A stretch of DNA of 63,979 nucleotides, the filler included, from Welwitschia mirabilis (Eukaryota), in NCBI GenBank assembly GCA_051453625.1. It is 5 parts of one record of this genome, joined end to end, with 100 filler letters (N's around TTAATTAATTAA, not from the genome) between each part and the next. Parts side by side here need not be neighbours in the genome. Positions count along the whole stretch, not along the records: positions 33,661 to 55,324 come from JBOZIK010000001.1; positions 55,425 to 60,310 come from JBOZIK010000001.1; positions 60,411 to 63,979 come from JBOZIK010000001.1; 2 more parts are not named here. One strand, 5' to 3'. The translations under genes and the position numbers were made by a program. Under the pieces are notes generated by a model that saw nothing but the letters and a program-made list of their open reading frames with translations, did no database searches and was not told the origin of the DNA. The first letter of the stretch is position 1. Every line of letters begins with the position of its first letter. Positions 50,951-63,979 of this stretch are shown here, one piece after another.

Positions 50951-53900
50951 ATCAAGAATGTTTAAGTATTAACGTTTTAATTACTAATATAGTAAGTTTT
51001 ACAAGTATTCAACATTCTAAAGTAGGTAAAAAACTTTTCCAACTTAAAAAAAAAACAATAAAGCAATCTTTTTAACTGTACTTTCAAAAAGATGGATCAT
51101 TCCATAAATATTTCAAAAATTTATTAGTTGCTACTTACTAGGTATCTAGGGAATAATGTATGAAGAAAAAATAGATGAATGCAAAAAAAGGAAAAATAAT
51201 TCTTTTTATGCTAAGAAAATTCAATATAAAAAATTAAATTTTTTCATAATGAGAAGAGATAATTTATCCAAAAAAAATCAAAAATGTTATATTTTGCTTA
51301 AAAATAATTACAAGATTTTTATTATTTTCTTCAACTAGATAGAATATAGAATATAGTTTTTCTTTTTGAGATATTAAAAAGTTTTACCAAGACTTATTTA
51401 AAGATGATAATGGAACAAAAACTTCTTGTAAATACTAATATCAAACTACCCCTTTAATTTAAAGAACTTATGAAGGAACCCAAAGGCTAGCCTAAAGGAA
51501 GGTAATGGATGTAGAACACTTACATTAGAAAATGTTAAAGTGGGACAGATAGCTTATCTGTAAAGTAGTGTAAGAGAAACTTAAATCATTTCTTAGAATT
51601 AAATGATTAGAGATTAATTATAATTAATGAACTTTTTAAAAAATTCCTAAAAACTATTCATAAAACAAATATTAGTATATAAGCATAGGAAAGTAAACTT
51701 CAAGTAATGTCTTAAGCACACTTCTATCAATGTCATGCTATAGTAAGCCATCTTATCACCTTGAAGCATCTCACTAATGAAGGTAAAGGTTCAACCAAAA
51801 AACAAAAAAAGACANNNNNNNNNNATTTGTTTTGCGTACTTCTCTATAGCATATGATTTCATCATTATCAATGAACTTTGGTAGTGATTGTAAAATATTA
51901 AAGCTCCAATAGCTTTATTCTCTATAATTTAAAAGTTCTTTCTAAAAGTATGTATCTAGCTCAGAAATAGTGTTTCTCGAAAAAGCATAATGTTTCGAAA
52001 AGCTCCTACACTTTTTGAAATTTTTATTAATGAATTAGAGGATCCTTATTGAATCAGAAATAATTTCTTAAGAGGTAGAAGATATTTGTTAGTTTGTACC
52101 TCATGTTTGTAATATCTTAATTTTCAACATTGATAAATTTTTCAAAAGGATGTTCTATAAAGTAAAGATTAGTTTTACCAACGAAAGATTTTAATTCAAA
52201 AATGGAACATTGTAGAACAAATTTTAGATTGTGAATCTAAATGATTTTGAATAATTATAAAACTAAAAGTACACAAAAGCATTTAGGAAAATATAAAAGA
52301 AAAGAAGGCAACTAATTTAAGTGCTATTATTTCTTTCATCTACAAATTTAGTTCAAGAAGCAAGAATGGAATCACTTTATTTCTTGTTTGAAATAAGTAG
52401 ATGGTCTTAAATAGCTTGGGAAGAGCAAATGTCTTAACTTTATGACTCTAATTTTCTTAAAGATGAAAATCATGTCTCTCGTAAATATCCTTCAAATGAT
52501 AAAATACAAAATAAATGAAACATTAAAGCCCATAATCTGGTTGATATACATATGTACGTATGTATATGTATACATGTATACATTGATACATATAAATACA
52601 TATAAAAGCATTAGATTGTAAACAAAAATTATAGGTTTCTAAATGCAACAAGACAATGGTAGGATGTAATAGTAATAATTACTATTACTACAAAAGAGGA
52701 ATTGTTGGAAGTTATGTTAACTCCTAGACAAAGTACCTACATCATTAGGAAAAACTATGAAGTTGAGTTGAAAATGTGCAAAAATTCCTTAAAATACGCA
52801 TGTAATTAAGAATATTCCTAATAGTAAAAATTTTGAATTATGGTTCTTTCATCATCATTATTTAATTTTGCATATTAAATTATATTATAATGTGCTAATT
52901 CTAATTTTAGATAAAAATGCAACTAAAACCATAACCAATGCACTAGTAGTTGACAATCTAAGTGCTATAAATTTAAAATTTTATGAAACATTAAAGAAGA
53001 TGCGGTTGTAGCTTGAAAAAAGTATAAAAATAAAGTTGTTTAATTGCATTCTAATTATTCTAGTAAAAATGTAAGAGAAAGGGAATTTAAGGGGAAAAAA
53101 GTATGAAGTAAGATGTCATTATCACAAAATAAGAAGATGAAAAAAAAAAGTGAGTTTTATTTTAGAAATTTGCATTATGAAGCATAATATGGGATATTGT
53201 AAAACTATAACTGGTATCTTTATGCATTATATTATCTTTCAAATATTCTAAAGATATTTTCCTAACATAATTGAGCATTATAATTTATAAATTTATATGA
53301 CAAAACCAAAAGTTAATATATCCACAAATGATGCTTCAACTATAATTTCTTTATACTTTAATTACTTAAATTAGTACTAATTATTTCTTATTTAAAATTT
53401 CTTCATGTTATGTTATCTTATACTATTTCTTTATTATAGTTGTAAATTTTGAATTCCTATAATTTTTTTTTTTAAACTCATGAACACATCAAGACTTTCG
53501 ACCGAATTCCAAAATGGTAGTAAAGCATGGTAGTTTGAGCTACGTTTAGAAGAAGTTAATAAATTATTTTTAAAATTAAGTTATTATCAAATTCAACTAT
53601 GTTGTGAAAATGAGTTAGAATCATCCTCCATTTGGAGGTTCTTGCAAGAGCAAGCTAGAGCAACTAAAGAGTTGAGAAAGATTTGAAAAACTACTTTATA
53701 TTTTCCTCTTTTATTTTGACATTAGAGCTTGCTTTTATAGGAAAGCACCCCCAATTAGGTTTCCATCATGATTTTACTTTCCCTAAGCATTGTACCATGG
53801 TGTAACTTATTAGTTCCCTGGTAATTCCCCCACCTATGTGGAAAGACGTAATGAAAGTGCCCAAAGGAAAACCTTAGAATGTGGCTTATAATAAAACCTC

Positions 53901-54263
53901 CTAAAATGAATTGTCATGTGGGGGAACTACTTCATAAAGAAGTAATTAGATTGTGCTACATATCTCGTAGTAATAGGATTTATCCATTAAACATCTTGTA
54001 ATATTAGAAAAAATTGTACAACAGATCTTATAGCATTAGGAAAAGTTATACTACGCATCCTATAGTACTAGGCTTGAAAAAGGACTTTTGTAGTGACTTT
54101 GAAAGTCAAATAAAGTCTAACATCTATAACATAATGAGTTACATTAACTCATGGTTAATCCTATATTAGATTAAAAGTACTAGAACTTTTCATAACCAAG
54201 TGATTTAGTTAGGACATCAGTAGTTTGTTCTATGGTTAGATAATATACTAGAATAGGTACTTC

Positions 54264-55324
54264 TTACTCTATAAGTTCCTTGATTTTGTGACCTTAATAC
54301 AAAAGTATTTTTTAATATCATGATGTACTATATCTTTCTCTATGCATATAACAAATTAATTATTGATAAAAAGCTCAGGTGCTTTAGTCTAGTTTAAGTT
54401 TAATAATTCTATAAGGTTACTTAACCTTTTAATTTCTCTAAATGCTTCTAATACAACTATATATTTCACTTCTATAAAGGATTGACCTATCACTTTGTGA
54501 TACTTATATCACCAAGACAAAGACGATGCTCCTAAAAATATGACATATCATAATGTTGACAAGGAAGTTTTCGAGTATTGGGTAAAGTCCAAGTTAGAAT
54601 ATGCTTTTAGAACAAAGTGAGAGTTTCTCTCTTTTATTTAAGACCTAAGTCTTTTATCTTCTTTAAGTGTATCAATAATCTTACAATAGCATTCAGATGA
54701 TGAGCCTTTAGCACATGAAGATATATAGATGAGACACCAATCACTTATGAGATATCATGTCTGCTATTGGTAATACAAAGGAGACTACCAACTATTCTTA
54801 TGTATTTGGTTTCATTTATTGATTTTTTAAAGTTTTCATTAGTACTAATTTTTACATTTTGTTCCAAATGTGTAATATCATTTTTAGCATTTTCCAATCC
54901 AAATCTCTAAATTAAGTCTCTAATGTACTTCCTTTAAGTTATAAAGATTTCATTATTTGGTTACTCAATTTCTACACTAAGGTAGAATCTAGCTATTCCT
55001 AGATTGAAAATTTTAAATGCCCTAATTAAATAAATCTTCATATGATTCACATCCCCTTCATCACTACCAGTTATCAACATTCATTTACATAAACCACTAT
55101 ATATGTAGATTCATCTCCATTAAATTTGATAAATAGTAGCATCTAAATCTTGATAGTCACATAGTTTAAATCCAATGATTTTTACTCTATAAGTTCCTTA
55201 ATTTTGTGACCTCAATACAAAAGTGTTTTTTCATGTCATGATGCACAATATCTTTCTCTATGCATATAACAAATTAATTATTGATAAAAAGCTCAGGTGC
55301 TTTAGTCTAGTTTAAGTTTAATAA
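54264..55324 (+). repeat. ~143-bp direct repeat (54264-54406 and 55182-55324)
   Basis: TTACTCTATAAGTTCCTT...AAAAGCTCAGGTGCTTTAGTCTAGTTTAAGTTTAATAA occurs twice with a few mismatches in the first half; the second copy abuts the linker. Confidence 0.85.
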
Positions 55325-55424
55325 NNNNNNNNNNNNNNNNNNNNNNNNNNNNNNNNNNNNNNNNNNNNTTAATTAATTAANNNNNNNNNNNNNNNNNNNN
55401 NNNNNNNNNNNNNNNNNNNNNNNN
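55325..55424. other. Artificial scaffold linker
   Basis: 44 N + TTAATTAATTAA + 44 N. Confidence 0.95.
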
Positions 55425-58400
55425 AGGAAGAAGAAAGGGAGGACTGAATCAACCTATAATGAGAGATTTTATTATTACTTTAGAGAAGTATACACAAATG
55501 ATAGTTGATGCAAAAGTAGTAAAGAATGAAATCTCAACTTCAAATTCTGAAATTTGTGAAGATGACTCTCTTCTAACAAAATAATGCCCTTTGTTATCAA
55601 CTTGTAAGGAAAAGATGTTTAAGGAAGTATGTGCCTTCAACCAAAAAGCACCTAACTTTAAAAACTAGCCACAATTCCAATAAAGATTAGGTGGGTAATT
55701 TCAATGGAAACCATTTAAAAATAGATTCAAGAATTCGAACTTTCAACCTAATTTTCAACAAAATCTGAATGATCCCCTTAGAGAATCCATAGAAGAGATA
55801 AGAAAAGTGTAGGAGAAAACTAATAGTAACATTAAGAACTTAGTAAATGTGCTTTAACAATTACTACTTATCAACTAAAGAACACAAGGGTCTTTTGAAT
55901 TTCAACCAATACCAAACCCTAATAAAGTTCGAAGAGATTTAAAAATAGTGATAAGAAGTGGAAAGGATACAACACTTTCTACCTATGTTGTTTCAACTTC
56001 TAAACAAAATGATAAAATAAATGAGGAAGATAATTTGAAAATTTTAGATTCTTATAACCTTCCATCTACATCACCTACTAAGGCCTTCACTAAAAATAAT
56101 TCAAAGAAAAACAAAGGAAAAAAATCATCCACCCCTTGACTTGATAGATTAAACACAAATCCTACCTTTGATGAACACCTAAAAGCTTTGATGCAAGAAG
56201 TCAACATCAACCTATCCTTTTGGAAACTCTTATAAGAAAATCCAAAATATTCTAAGTTATGGAAAGATTTAGTAAGAAGAAAGTAAAAACGTATCACTTC
56301 TAGCAAAGTTTTTCTTGCCTAATCTCTTTCTAACTTAGTTATGCAAAAATGTCCTAAATTCAAAGACCCTAGGGCTACAACTATAAGTGTTACTTTAAAA
56401 GAAAAAAAATAATTCTAAAAGCTTTAATTGACATAGGAGCAAGTGTAAATATCATGCCTCTTCACATATGTAAAAGACTTGGGTTAAAAAGCAGAGTTGA
56501 ACATACACCTATCATCTTGGAATTAGCTGATACCTCAATCAAGAAACCATTAGAAATTATTAAAGACATAGTTATCCAAATTGAAAAATCTTTTTATCCC
56601 ATTGATATTGTAATAATTGAAATAGAACATGATGGAGGATATCCACTACTTTTAAGAAAAGCCTTTTATGCAACTTCCCATTGTATCATTAACACATAAT
56701 ATGGAATGATGAGATATCATTTTGATAGCAAACAAATTACCATTAGAGTCTTTGATGCTACTGAGAAAGATACAGGAACTAAGTTTAACTTTGAAGATGA
56801 ATTGAAACCAACCTTATTTTTACAATAGTAACTAATAGAAGAGAAATTAATCATGCTACATAAACCAACTTTGTATGACGACCTCACTGAAACAAACTAT
56901 CTTGATTCTGAGGATGAAGAACATGTAGAATGAGAAGAAGCTCAACATCTTTACTTAATAAAAAAGCTTTTTGAAGAGTGTTGTCCCATGTCTATCGTCC
57001 CCACGATAAATGGGATGACAGCTCAACATAACACTCACTAAGTTAAGAAATTTCCCCAAGGATTAAAATACATTTTTCTTTCTGAAAATCAAACAAAACC
57101 TTTGATACTTAGTGACCTTCTCACTCCTTAATAAGAATCTAATTTGATTTAACTCTTAAATTCAAAGAAAAATGCCTTTGCTTGGACACATAAATATTTA
57201 GATGCCATTCCTCTTTCCATAATTCAACATAAAATCGACTTTGAAGATAATACTAAACCTATTAGGCTACCTCAAAGAAGACTAAATCTGGCCCTTAAAA
57301 AATCATCAAAGATGAAATCATTAAACTTATGGATGCTGGAATTATATATGCCATATCCAATAGTGAATGAGCTAGTCCTTTAATAGTAGTTCCAAAGAAA
57401 TAGGGGAAATGGAGAATGTGCATCGATTTTAAAAAACTTAATGAGGTTACTAAAAAAGATCATTACTCTTTACCATTTCTTGATCAAGTTCTTGATAGAA
57501 TCCAAGGTTATACCTATTATTTTTTTCTTGATGGATATAGTGGCTATAATTAGATTTGTATAGTAAGTGAAGACTAAGCTAAAACTACTTTCACCTCTTC
57601 CTTTAAAATCTTTACTTTTAAATGAATGTCCTTTAGACTTTGCAATACCCTTAGAACCTTTCAATGAGCCATGATGGGAATTTTTTCTGATAAGATAGAA
57701 GACTCTATTAAAATTTTTATCTTTGGTGATACTTTTGAACAAACTATAATGAGATTAAAAAAAGTCTTAGATTGATATATTGAAAGTGGTTTACACTTGA
57801 GTTGGAAAAAGAGTTTTCTCTTTGTCCAACATGGAATTGTTTTAGGTCTTCACATCTCAAAAGAAGGGATTAGAATGGACCCCACAAAAGTGGATATCAT
57901 TAAAAACCTTAACCATCCAACTAATGTCAAACAAGTTAGATCTTTCCTTGGACATGCTAGTTTATATCGATAATTCATATATGATTATGCTAGAAATTGT
58001 AAACCTCTCCACTCCTTACTTAAAAAAGATGTTAAATTCAATTGGAATGATTCATGCCTACTTTCTTTTGAAATCCTTAAAGAAAACATCTCTTCTGAAC
58101 CTATTGTTATGGGTCCCGATTAGAATAAAAACTTTAAACTTAAATGTGATGCAAGCAACATTACTGTAGGAGGGGTTCTTGGCCAAAAATATGAAAATGG
58201 TTTCAAAGTTATATCTTATCTTAGTAAAACTTTGTCAAGTGCCCATTCCAACTACACTATCACTGAAAGAGAAATGCTTGCTATTATCTTTTACTTTGAT
58301 CATCTTCAACATTATTTTCTTGGTTTTCATATCAATGTTTACATAGATCATATAGCCATCTGCTATCTCAAGACTAAAAAAGATTTGAGTGCTAGATTTA

Positions 58401-60310
58401 TTAGGTGGATCCTTCTAATGCAAGAATTTAATCTTACCATCATTGATAATGTTGGAAAACATAATAGTATTACTAATCATCTTTTTTGACTTTCTTGCTT
58501 TCATGATGAAACTCCCATTAATGACTATTTTCTTGATGAGTAACTCTTTATAATTAAACAATTGTATGCTATCTCATCTTCTCATCCCGCTTCTTGGTAT
58601 GCTGACATCATGAATTACCTTGTGACTATGAAAACTCCTCAGCATTGGAATCATAATCAATGTAAAACTTTTCTCCATAGAATCGGTGACTATGAATGGA
58701 ATGAACCCCATCTTTATAGACATTATAAAGATCAAATTATGCATAAATGTGTGACTAAATAGGAAACCTTAGAAATCTTAAAAATTTGCCATGATGGGGT
58801 ATGTGAGGACACTTTAGTGGTCAAAAGACCATCACAAAAATTCTTCACTCTGGTTTTTATTAACATACTCTTTTGAAATATTTATTTGACTTTTCTAGAA
58901 AGTGTAATGCTTGTCAACACTATGGTAGCCTTACTCATTCTCATGATATACTTCTCAAATCTAGATTTGAATGTAAACCTTTTTATTATTGGGTAATTGA
59001 CTTTATAGGCTCATGTACACCACCTTTTCATGAGAAAAATTATATTCTTGTAGATGTGGATTATGTCACTAAGTGGGTTGAAATTATTCCTACTATAAAA
59101 AATGATGCCCAAACTACTTGTAACTTTGTTCAAACTCATATTTTTTTATAATTTAGTTTTCCATGCATTATTATTAGTGATCAAGGAACTCATTTCATTA
59201 ATCATCTCTTTTAAAGACTTCTTTTATCCATTAGTGTTGAACATAGAATTTCTTATGCCTATTGTCCTCAAATCAATGGACAAGATAAGAATGCAAATAG
59301 AGAAATTAAAAGAATGCTTTAAAAATTAGTCTCTGTCAATGAGAAAACTTATTCCTCTAAACTTAATGATGTTCTTTGTGTTATTGTACTACTTGGCATA
59401 ACTTTCTAGGTTTCTCACCCTATGAACTTGTGTACGGTATACTGTGTATGTTACTAGTTAATGTTTGCTATAATTCTTATCGTTCCACCCATTAACTTAA
59501 CCTTGTTGATTTGAATGAAAATATTAAAANNNNNNNNNNNNNNNNNNNNNNNNNNNNNNNNNNNNNNNNNNNNNNNNNNNNNNNNNNNNNNNNNNNNNNN
59601 NNNNNNNNNNNNNNNNNNNNNNNNNNNNNGCTGGGGTTGTGGAAGATACTTTAATAGCCAAAAGACCATCATGAAAATTCTTCACTCTAGTTTTTATTGG
59701 CCTACTCTTTTTAAAGATTCATTTAACTTTTTTAAGAAGTGTGATGCATGTCAACGCTATGGTAGCCTAACTCATTCTCATAATATGCTCCTCAAACCCA
59801 TACTTGAATGTGAACCTTTTGATTATTGGGGAATTGACTTTGTAGGCCCAATTAAACCACCTTTCAATGAGAAAAATTATATCTGTGTAGCTGTGGATTA
59901 TGTTNNNNNNNNNNNNNNNNNNNNNNNNNNNNNNNNNNNNNNNNNNNNNNNNNNNNNNNNNNNNNNNNNNNNNNNNNNNNNNNNNNNNNNNNNNNNNNNN
60001 NNNNACCTTTTGATTATTGGGGAATTGACTTTGTAGGCCCAATTAAACCACCTTTCAATGAGAAAAATTATATCTTTGTAGCTGTGGATTATGTTACTAA
60101 GTGGGTTGATGCTTTTCTATTACCAAAAATGATGCCTAAACCATTTGCAAATTTGTCCAAACACATATTTTTCAATGATTTGGTTTTCCACACATTATTA
60201 TTAGTGATCAAGGAACTCATTTCATTAATCAACTCTTTTGAAAACTTCTTTTATTCATTGGTGTTGAACATAGAATTGCTTATGCCTATCATCCTCAAAC
60301 CAATGGTCAA
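55425..60310 (+). mobile_element. Degenerate Athila-like Ty3/Gypsy gag-pol (PR, RT, RH, INT) plus a second, diverged integrase copy at 59630-60310
   Basis: KFKDPRATTI, ALIDIGASVNIMP, LELAD, PIRLPQRRLN, WRMCIDFKKLN..TKKDHYSLPFLDQVL, FLDGYSGYN, CDASN, NYTITEREMLAI, WYADIMNYL, WGIDFVGP, VDYVTKWVE, ISDQGTHF. Confidence 0.92.
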
Positions 60311-60410
60311 NNNNNNNNNNNNNNNNNNNNNNNNNNNNNNNNNNNNNNNNNNNNTTAATTAATTAANNNNNNNNNNNNNNNNNNNNNNNNNNNNNNNNNN
60401 NNNNNNNNNN
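60311..60410. other. Artificial scaffold linker
   Basis: 44 N + TTAATTAATTAA + 44 N. Confidence 0.95.
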
Positions 60411-60719
60411 GGGGGTGGGGGGAAGGAATATGACACCTTTCTGGGTGTTAGTTTATACTTATTAGCATAATTTTTTTGATTTCTGAGCTTTTATGACATA
60501 AATTTATAATGAGTTGTTTGGATGAGTTTTTTATATTATTTGAATAAATTTTTTGGAGAATTCATGAACTTTATCTTGCAGGATCCAACAGCACACTCAT
60601 AAATTATTCCATAGCCATGTTTTCAGATCATCTAAAAAGTGCTATATCTACTCTTGTCTTTTGCCTTTTTGATGACACTAATTAATTTGAAGACATAATT
60701 TTTTGAAACATAATACTAC

Positions 60720-63700
60720 TTAAGTCCAGTTGATCCCTCAAGAGGGTAAATGAACTTGATAGGTTTCTAATGATCAGATTTTAACATTCATGGCTTCAGC
60801 ATCTAACCTGTAAGTGATTAACATCTTCTGCACAGGATACGTAAAATTTGCTACACAGAAAATATTAGTTTGACATTAATTAGGAAAATATAATCTAACA
60901 ATCTTTCCCTTTGACATTGATGGCAAAAAATAATTAGTTGTAAAAATATTTAAGACTGAGAAAATTTGCCCTTACAAAATGCCTATCATTCTTTGCAAAA
61001 TATTAATCATTTTGAAACCACTTTAAGACATTTTGATAAGTCAAATTTTGTACTAAAATAAAAACAATTTAAGGTGCACATTTGGAGAGTTAAGACCATA
61101 ATATGTTTGAAAAACATATTTTTATCACATAACTTTTATCACTTTGATTATTCAACATTCATTATAGATATTGAATAACATCACACAATATTTTAAATAG
61201 TTGAAGTGCATTGCAAATATGAGATAAACATCATTTGGATTTTTAATATTTATCATTGAAAAAAAATGTTAAGCTCATATGAATTGCATAAACAAAATTT
61301 GAGATAATTGAATACATAGAACTAAGTGCATTTAATTCTGTTAAACATAAGCATTATAAAGAGATATACAACTAATTATTCCCCTTTTGACATCAATGTC
61401 AAAGAATAGAATAAAATCATATAAGCACAAACATAATTAAATAATCAATATGAAAAGATGGAAATAGATAATACCATTCTTATTCTGCAAAGAAATTTCT
61501 GTTCTAAAGGGCCTACAGAACTGAGGGAATCTTGGCAACCAGGATTTTATTCTAGTCGACCGATCATATCCGGTCAATAGAATCAAGGATCTGGTCGATC
61601 GTCTGTAATCAATCATAGGACTATGAGATAACTCCTAGTTCATTTTTGAGATGAAGAAAAGTAACAAAATTCAGGAGTTCAATAAAAATATCTACCAGTT
61701 GTTGGTTTGTACTCATAAAGTTCATAAATATGTGCTCTTTTTCTACTTGATCTCTTAGGAAATGATTCCTTAGCTTAATATGTTTAGTTCTTGAGTGCTA
61801 AACAAGATTTTTTGATATGTTTCTAGCACTGGTATTATCACAAAAGATAGAGACTTGTTCAAAATTAATACTAAAATCCTTTAGCATTTCTTTCATCCAC
61901 AAAAGATGAGTACAACAACTACCTGCTGTAATATATTCTACTTTTGTAGTTGAGAGAGAGATGGAGTTTTGTTTCTTACTTGCCCATCCTACTAAACATG
62001 AACCTAATAGAAAACGATTTCCACTTGTGCTCTTTTTATCATTTTCACCACTAGCCCAATCCACATCACTAAAACTTACAAGCTTGAAAGATGTCTCTAT
62101 AGGATATCATAAGCCATAATCATATGTGGTTTTTATGTATCTGATTATTTTTTTTACTGCTTCTAGATGTGATTCTTTTAGTTAAGATTTATAACTTACA
62201 CATACTGGAATACTAAACATAATATCTAGTCTATTTACAGTCAAATATAATAAACTATCTATCATACTTCTATAAAGCTTTTGATCCACTAATTTACCAT
62301 TTTTATCCAAACTCACTTTACATGATGTGGACATAGAAGTTTCAATTGTTTTTACATTTTCTAATCCAAACCATTTTATTAAATATCTTGCATATTTGGA
62401 TTGAGAAATAAATATTCCATCTTTAGATTACTTGATCTGTAGTCCAAAAAATATTTTTACTTCATCAAGCATGCTCATTTCAAAATGAGTTATCATAATA
62501 GTTGCAAATTCTTTTGACAACTTCTCATACCAAGCTCTTAGAGCTTGTTTCAATCCATATAATGCTTTCTTAAGTCTATACACATGATTAGTTTTGTGAG
62601 AATCAATAAAACCTTTGTGGTTGTTCTACATAGACTTCTTCATTTAAAGTACCATTTAAAAAACTACTCTTCACATCCATTTGATAAACTTTAAAATTTT
62701 TATAGACTGCAAAAGACAAAAACATTCTAATGCTATCTAGCCTTACAACAGGAGCAACAGTATCACTTACATTAATGCCTCTTATTCGATTATAGCCTTG
62801 TGCTACTAATCTTGCCTTGTTTTTAATGACATTTTTATCTTTTGGCCTTTCTACTAGCTTTCAAACATCATTTCCATTAAACTGCTGTAGCTCATCTTAT
62901 ATTGCCATCATCTATTCCTTATAAATTTTAGCTTCTTCAAATTTCTTAGGTTCTATTTTTGAAACATAATAAATGTGAGCACACAAATTCTTTATAGAAC
63001 CTCTCATCTTTATTTTTAAATTAAATTCTTTAATAATAGATTCTAAAAGATGATCTTTTAATAATTTGGGCCTTTTCGGTGTGCCTTCTTTTAATGGAAC
63101 TCAATTACTTTCAGTAGTTACTTCATTAGTCATGGGAATGCTTATAGTTATGACTTTCTCTTCATCTATGCATTTTGGTCTTATGTCAATCTCATCTATT
63201 TATAGATTTATTAACTCTTCTACCATTAAACTTATCTTATTGAAAATATGATAAGCTTTACTTCTAGTTGAGTAACCCAAAAAGATAGCTTCATCAGCTT
63301 TAGACTTAAATTTACTCAAATGTTCTCTATCTTTCAGCACATAGAATTTACTTCTAAAGATTTTAAAATATGAAATATTAGGTTGTCTTCCTTTCCATAA
63401 CTGATATGATGTTTTATATGTACCGGGCTTAAGATATACTCTATTAATAATGTAGCATGCTGTGCTTACTACCTCAGCCTAAAAAGATTTAGGGATATCC
63501 TTATCATTTAACATGGTTCATGCCATTTCTTGGAGGACTTTGTTCTTTATTTCAGTTATAAAAATTAATGGTCAATTTCATTATGAATGCAATATTTCTC
63601 AAAAAAATGGTTCTCAAATTCACCACCATGATCACTTCTTATTTTCTTTATGATATACTCTTTTTCATTTTTCATCTTTTTGCATATCTCAACCTAATAT

Positions 63701-63979
63701 TTGTAAGCTTCAGATTTGTTTGACAAGAAGGCTACCCAATTATATCTAAAGAAGTCATTAATCATAGTAAAAAAGTAATGTTTTCCACCTAGACTTTGAG
63801 TTTGAGTGGGACTTACCAGATCCATATGAATAAGCTCTAATGGCATAGATGTGGAAGTCTATATTTTACTTTTATGTGAAGTCCTTATTTGTTTTTTCTT
63901 GTGGCACGTGTCATGTAACCCTTGTTTTTCTACATTTATCTTAGGAATACCTTTCATAATGTTTTATGAATAATCATTT
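60720..63979 (-). mobile_element. Third SIRE-like Copia (same family as 36000-41291): INT-RT-RH remnants, PPTs and truncated 3' LTR starting at 60900; no env-like ORF
   Basis: LELIHMDLV, KIRSDHGGEFEN, KFKSKADEAIFLGYS, KNKARLVAQGY, DWASGENDKKSTSG, FCDNTSARNISKN; PPT/LTR junction TTTGCCATCAATGTCAAAGGGAAAGAT-TGTTAGA matches 40182-40215. Confidence 0.92.

Noticed and set aside
60582..60685. TTGCAG acceptor as the terminal MINPP1 exon
   Set aside because: The phase-0 reading gives DPTAHS-stop, without the expected C...FCP motif, and it is separated from exon D by three linkers.

Overview
AT-rich, repeat-dominated land-plant nuclear DNA from a draft assembly. Four identical 100-bp artificial linkers (44 N + TTAATTAATTAA + 44 N) split the window into five joined pieces, so order and orientation across them are unverified. 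The one recognisable host gene is four consecutive + strand exons (27540-32867) of a multiple inositol polyphosphate phosphatase (MINPP1-like histidine acid phosphatase); its first and last exons were not found in the window. An unidentified CpG-rich, promoter-like island with minus-strand splice signals lies at ~49400-50460. Nearly everything else is decayed, nested transposable elements: a ~14-kb Tat-like Gypsy with both LTRs, CRM-like and Athila-like Gypsy elements, three Sirevirus-like Copia elements (two with an env-like extra ORF, one without), short-LTR Copia elements and a solo LTR with a perfect TSD, an L1 LINE inside a MINPP1 intron, and hAT-type elements (a transposase relic and two non-autonomous copies). 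No CRISPR array, rRNA or tRNA gene was seen. I found no convincing wholly new system. The best leads are the unidentified promoter island, the retroelement accessory regions and the TE-filled introns of an apparently intact gene. Family assignments are from motif recognition by eye, without database searches.
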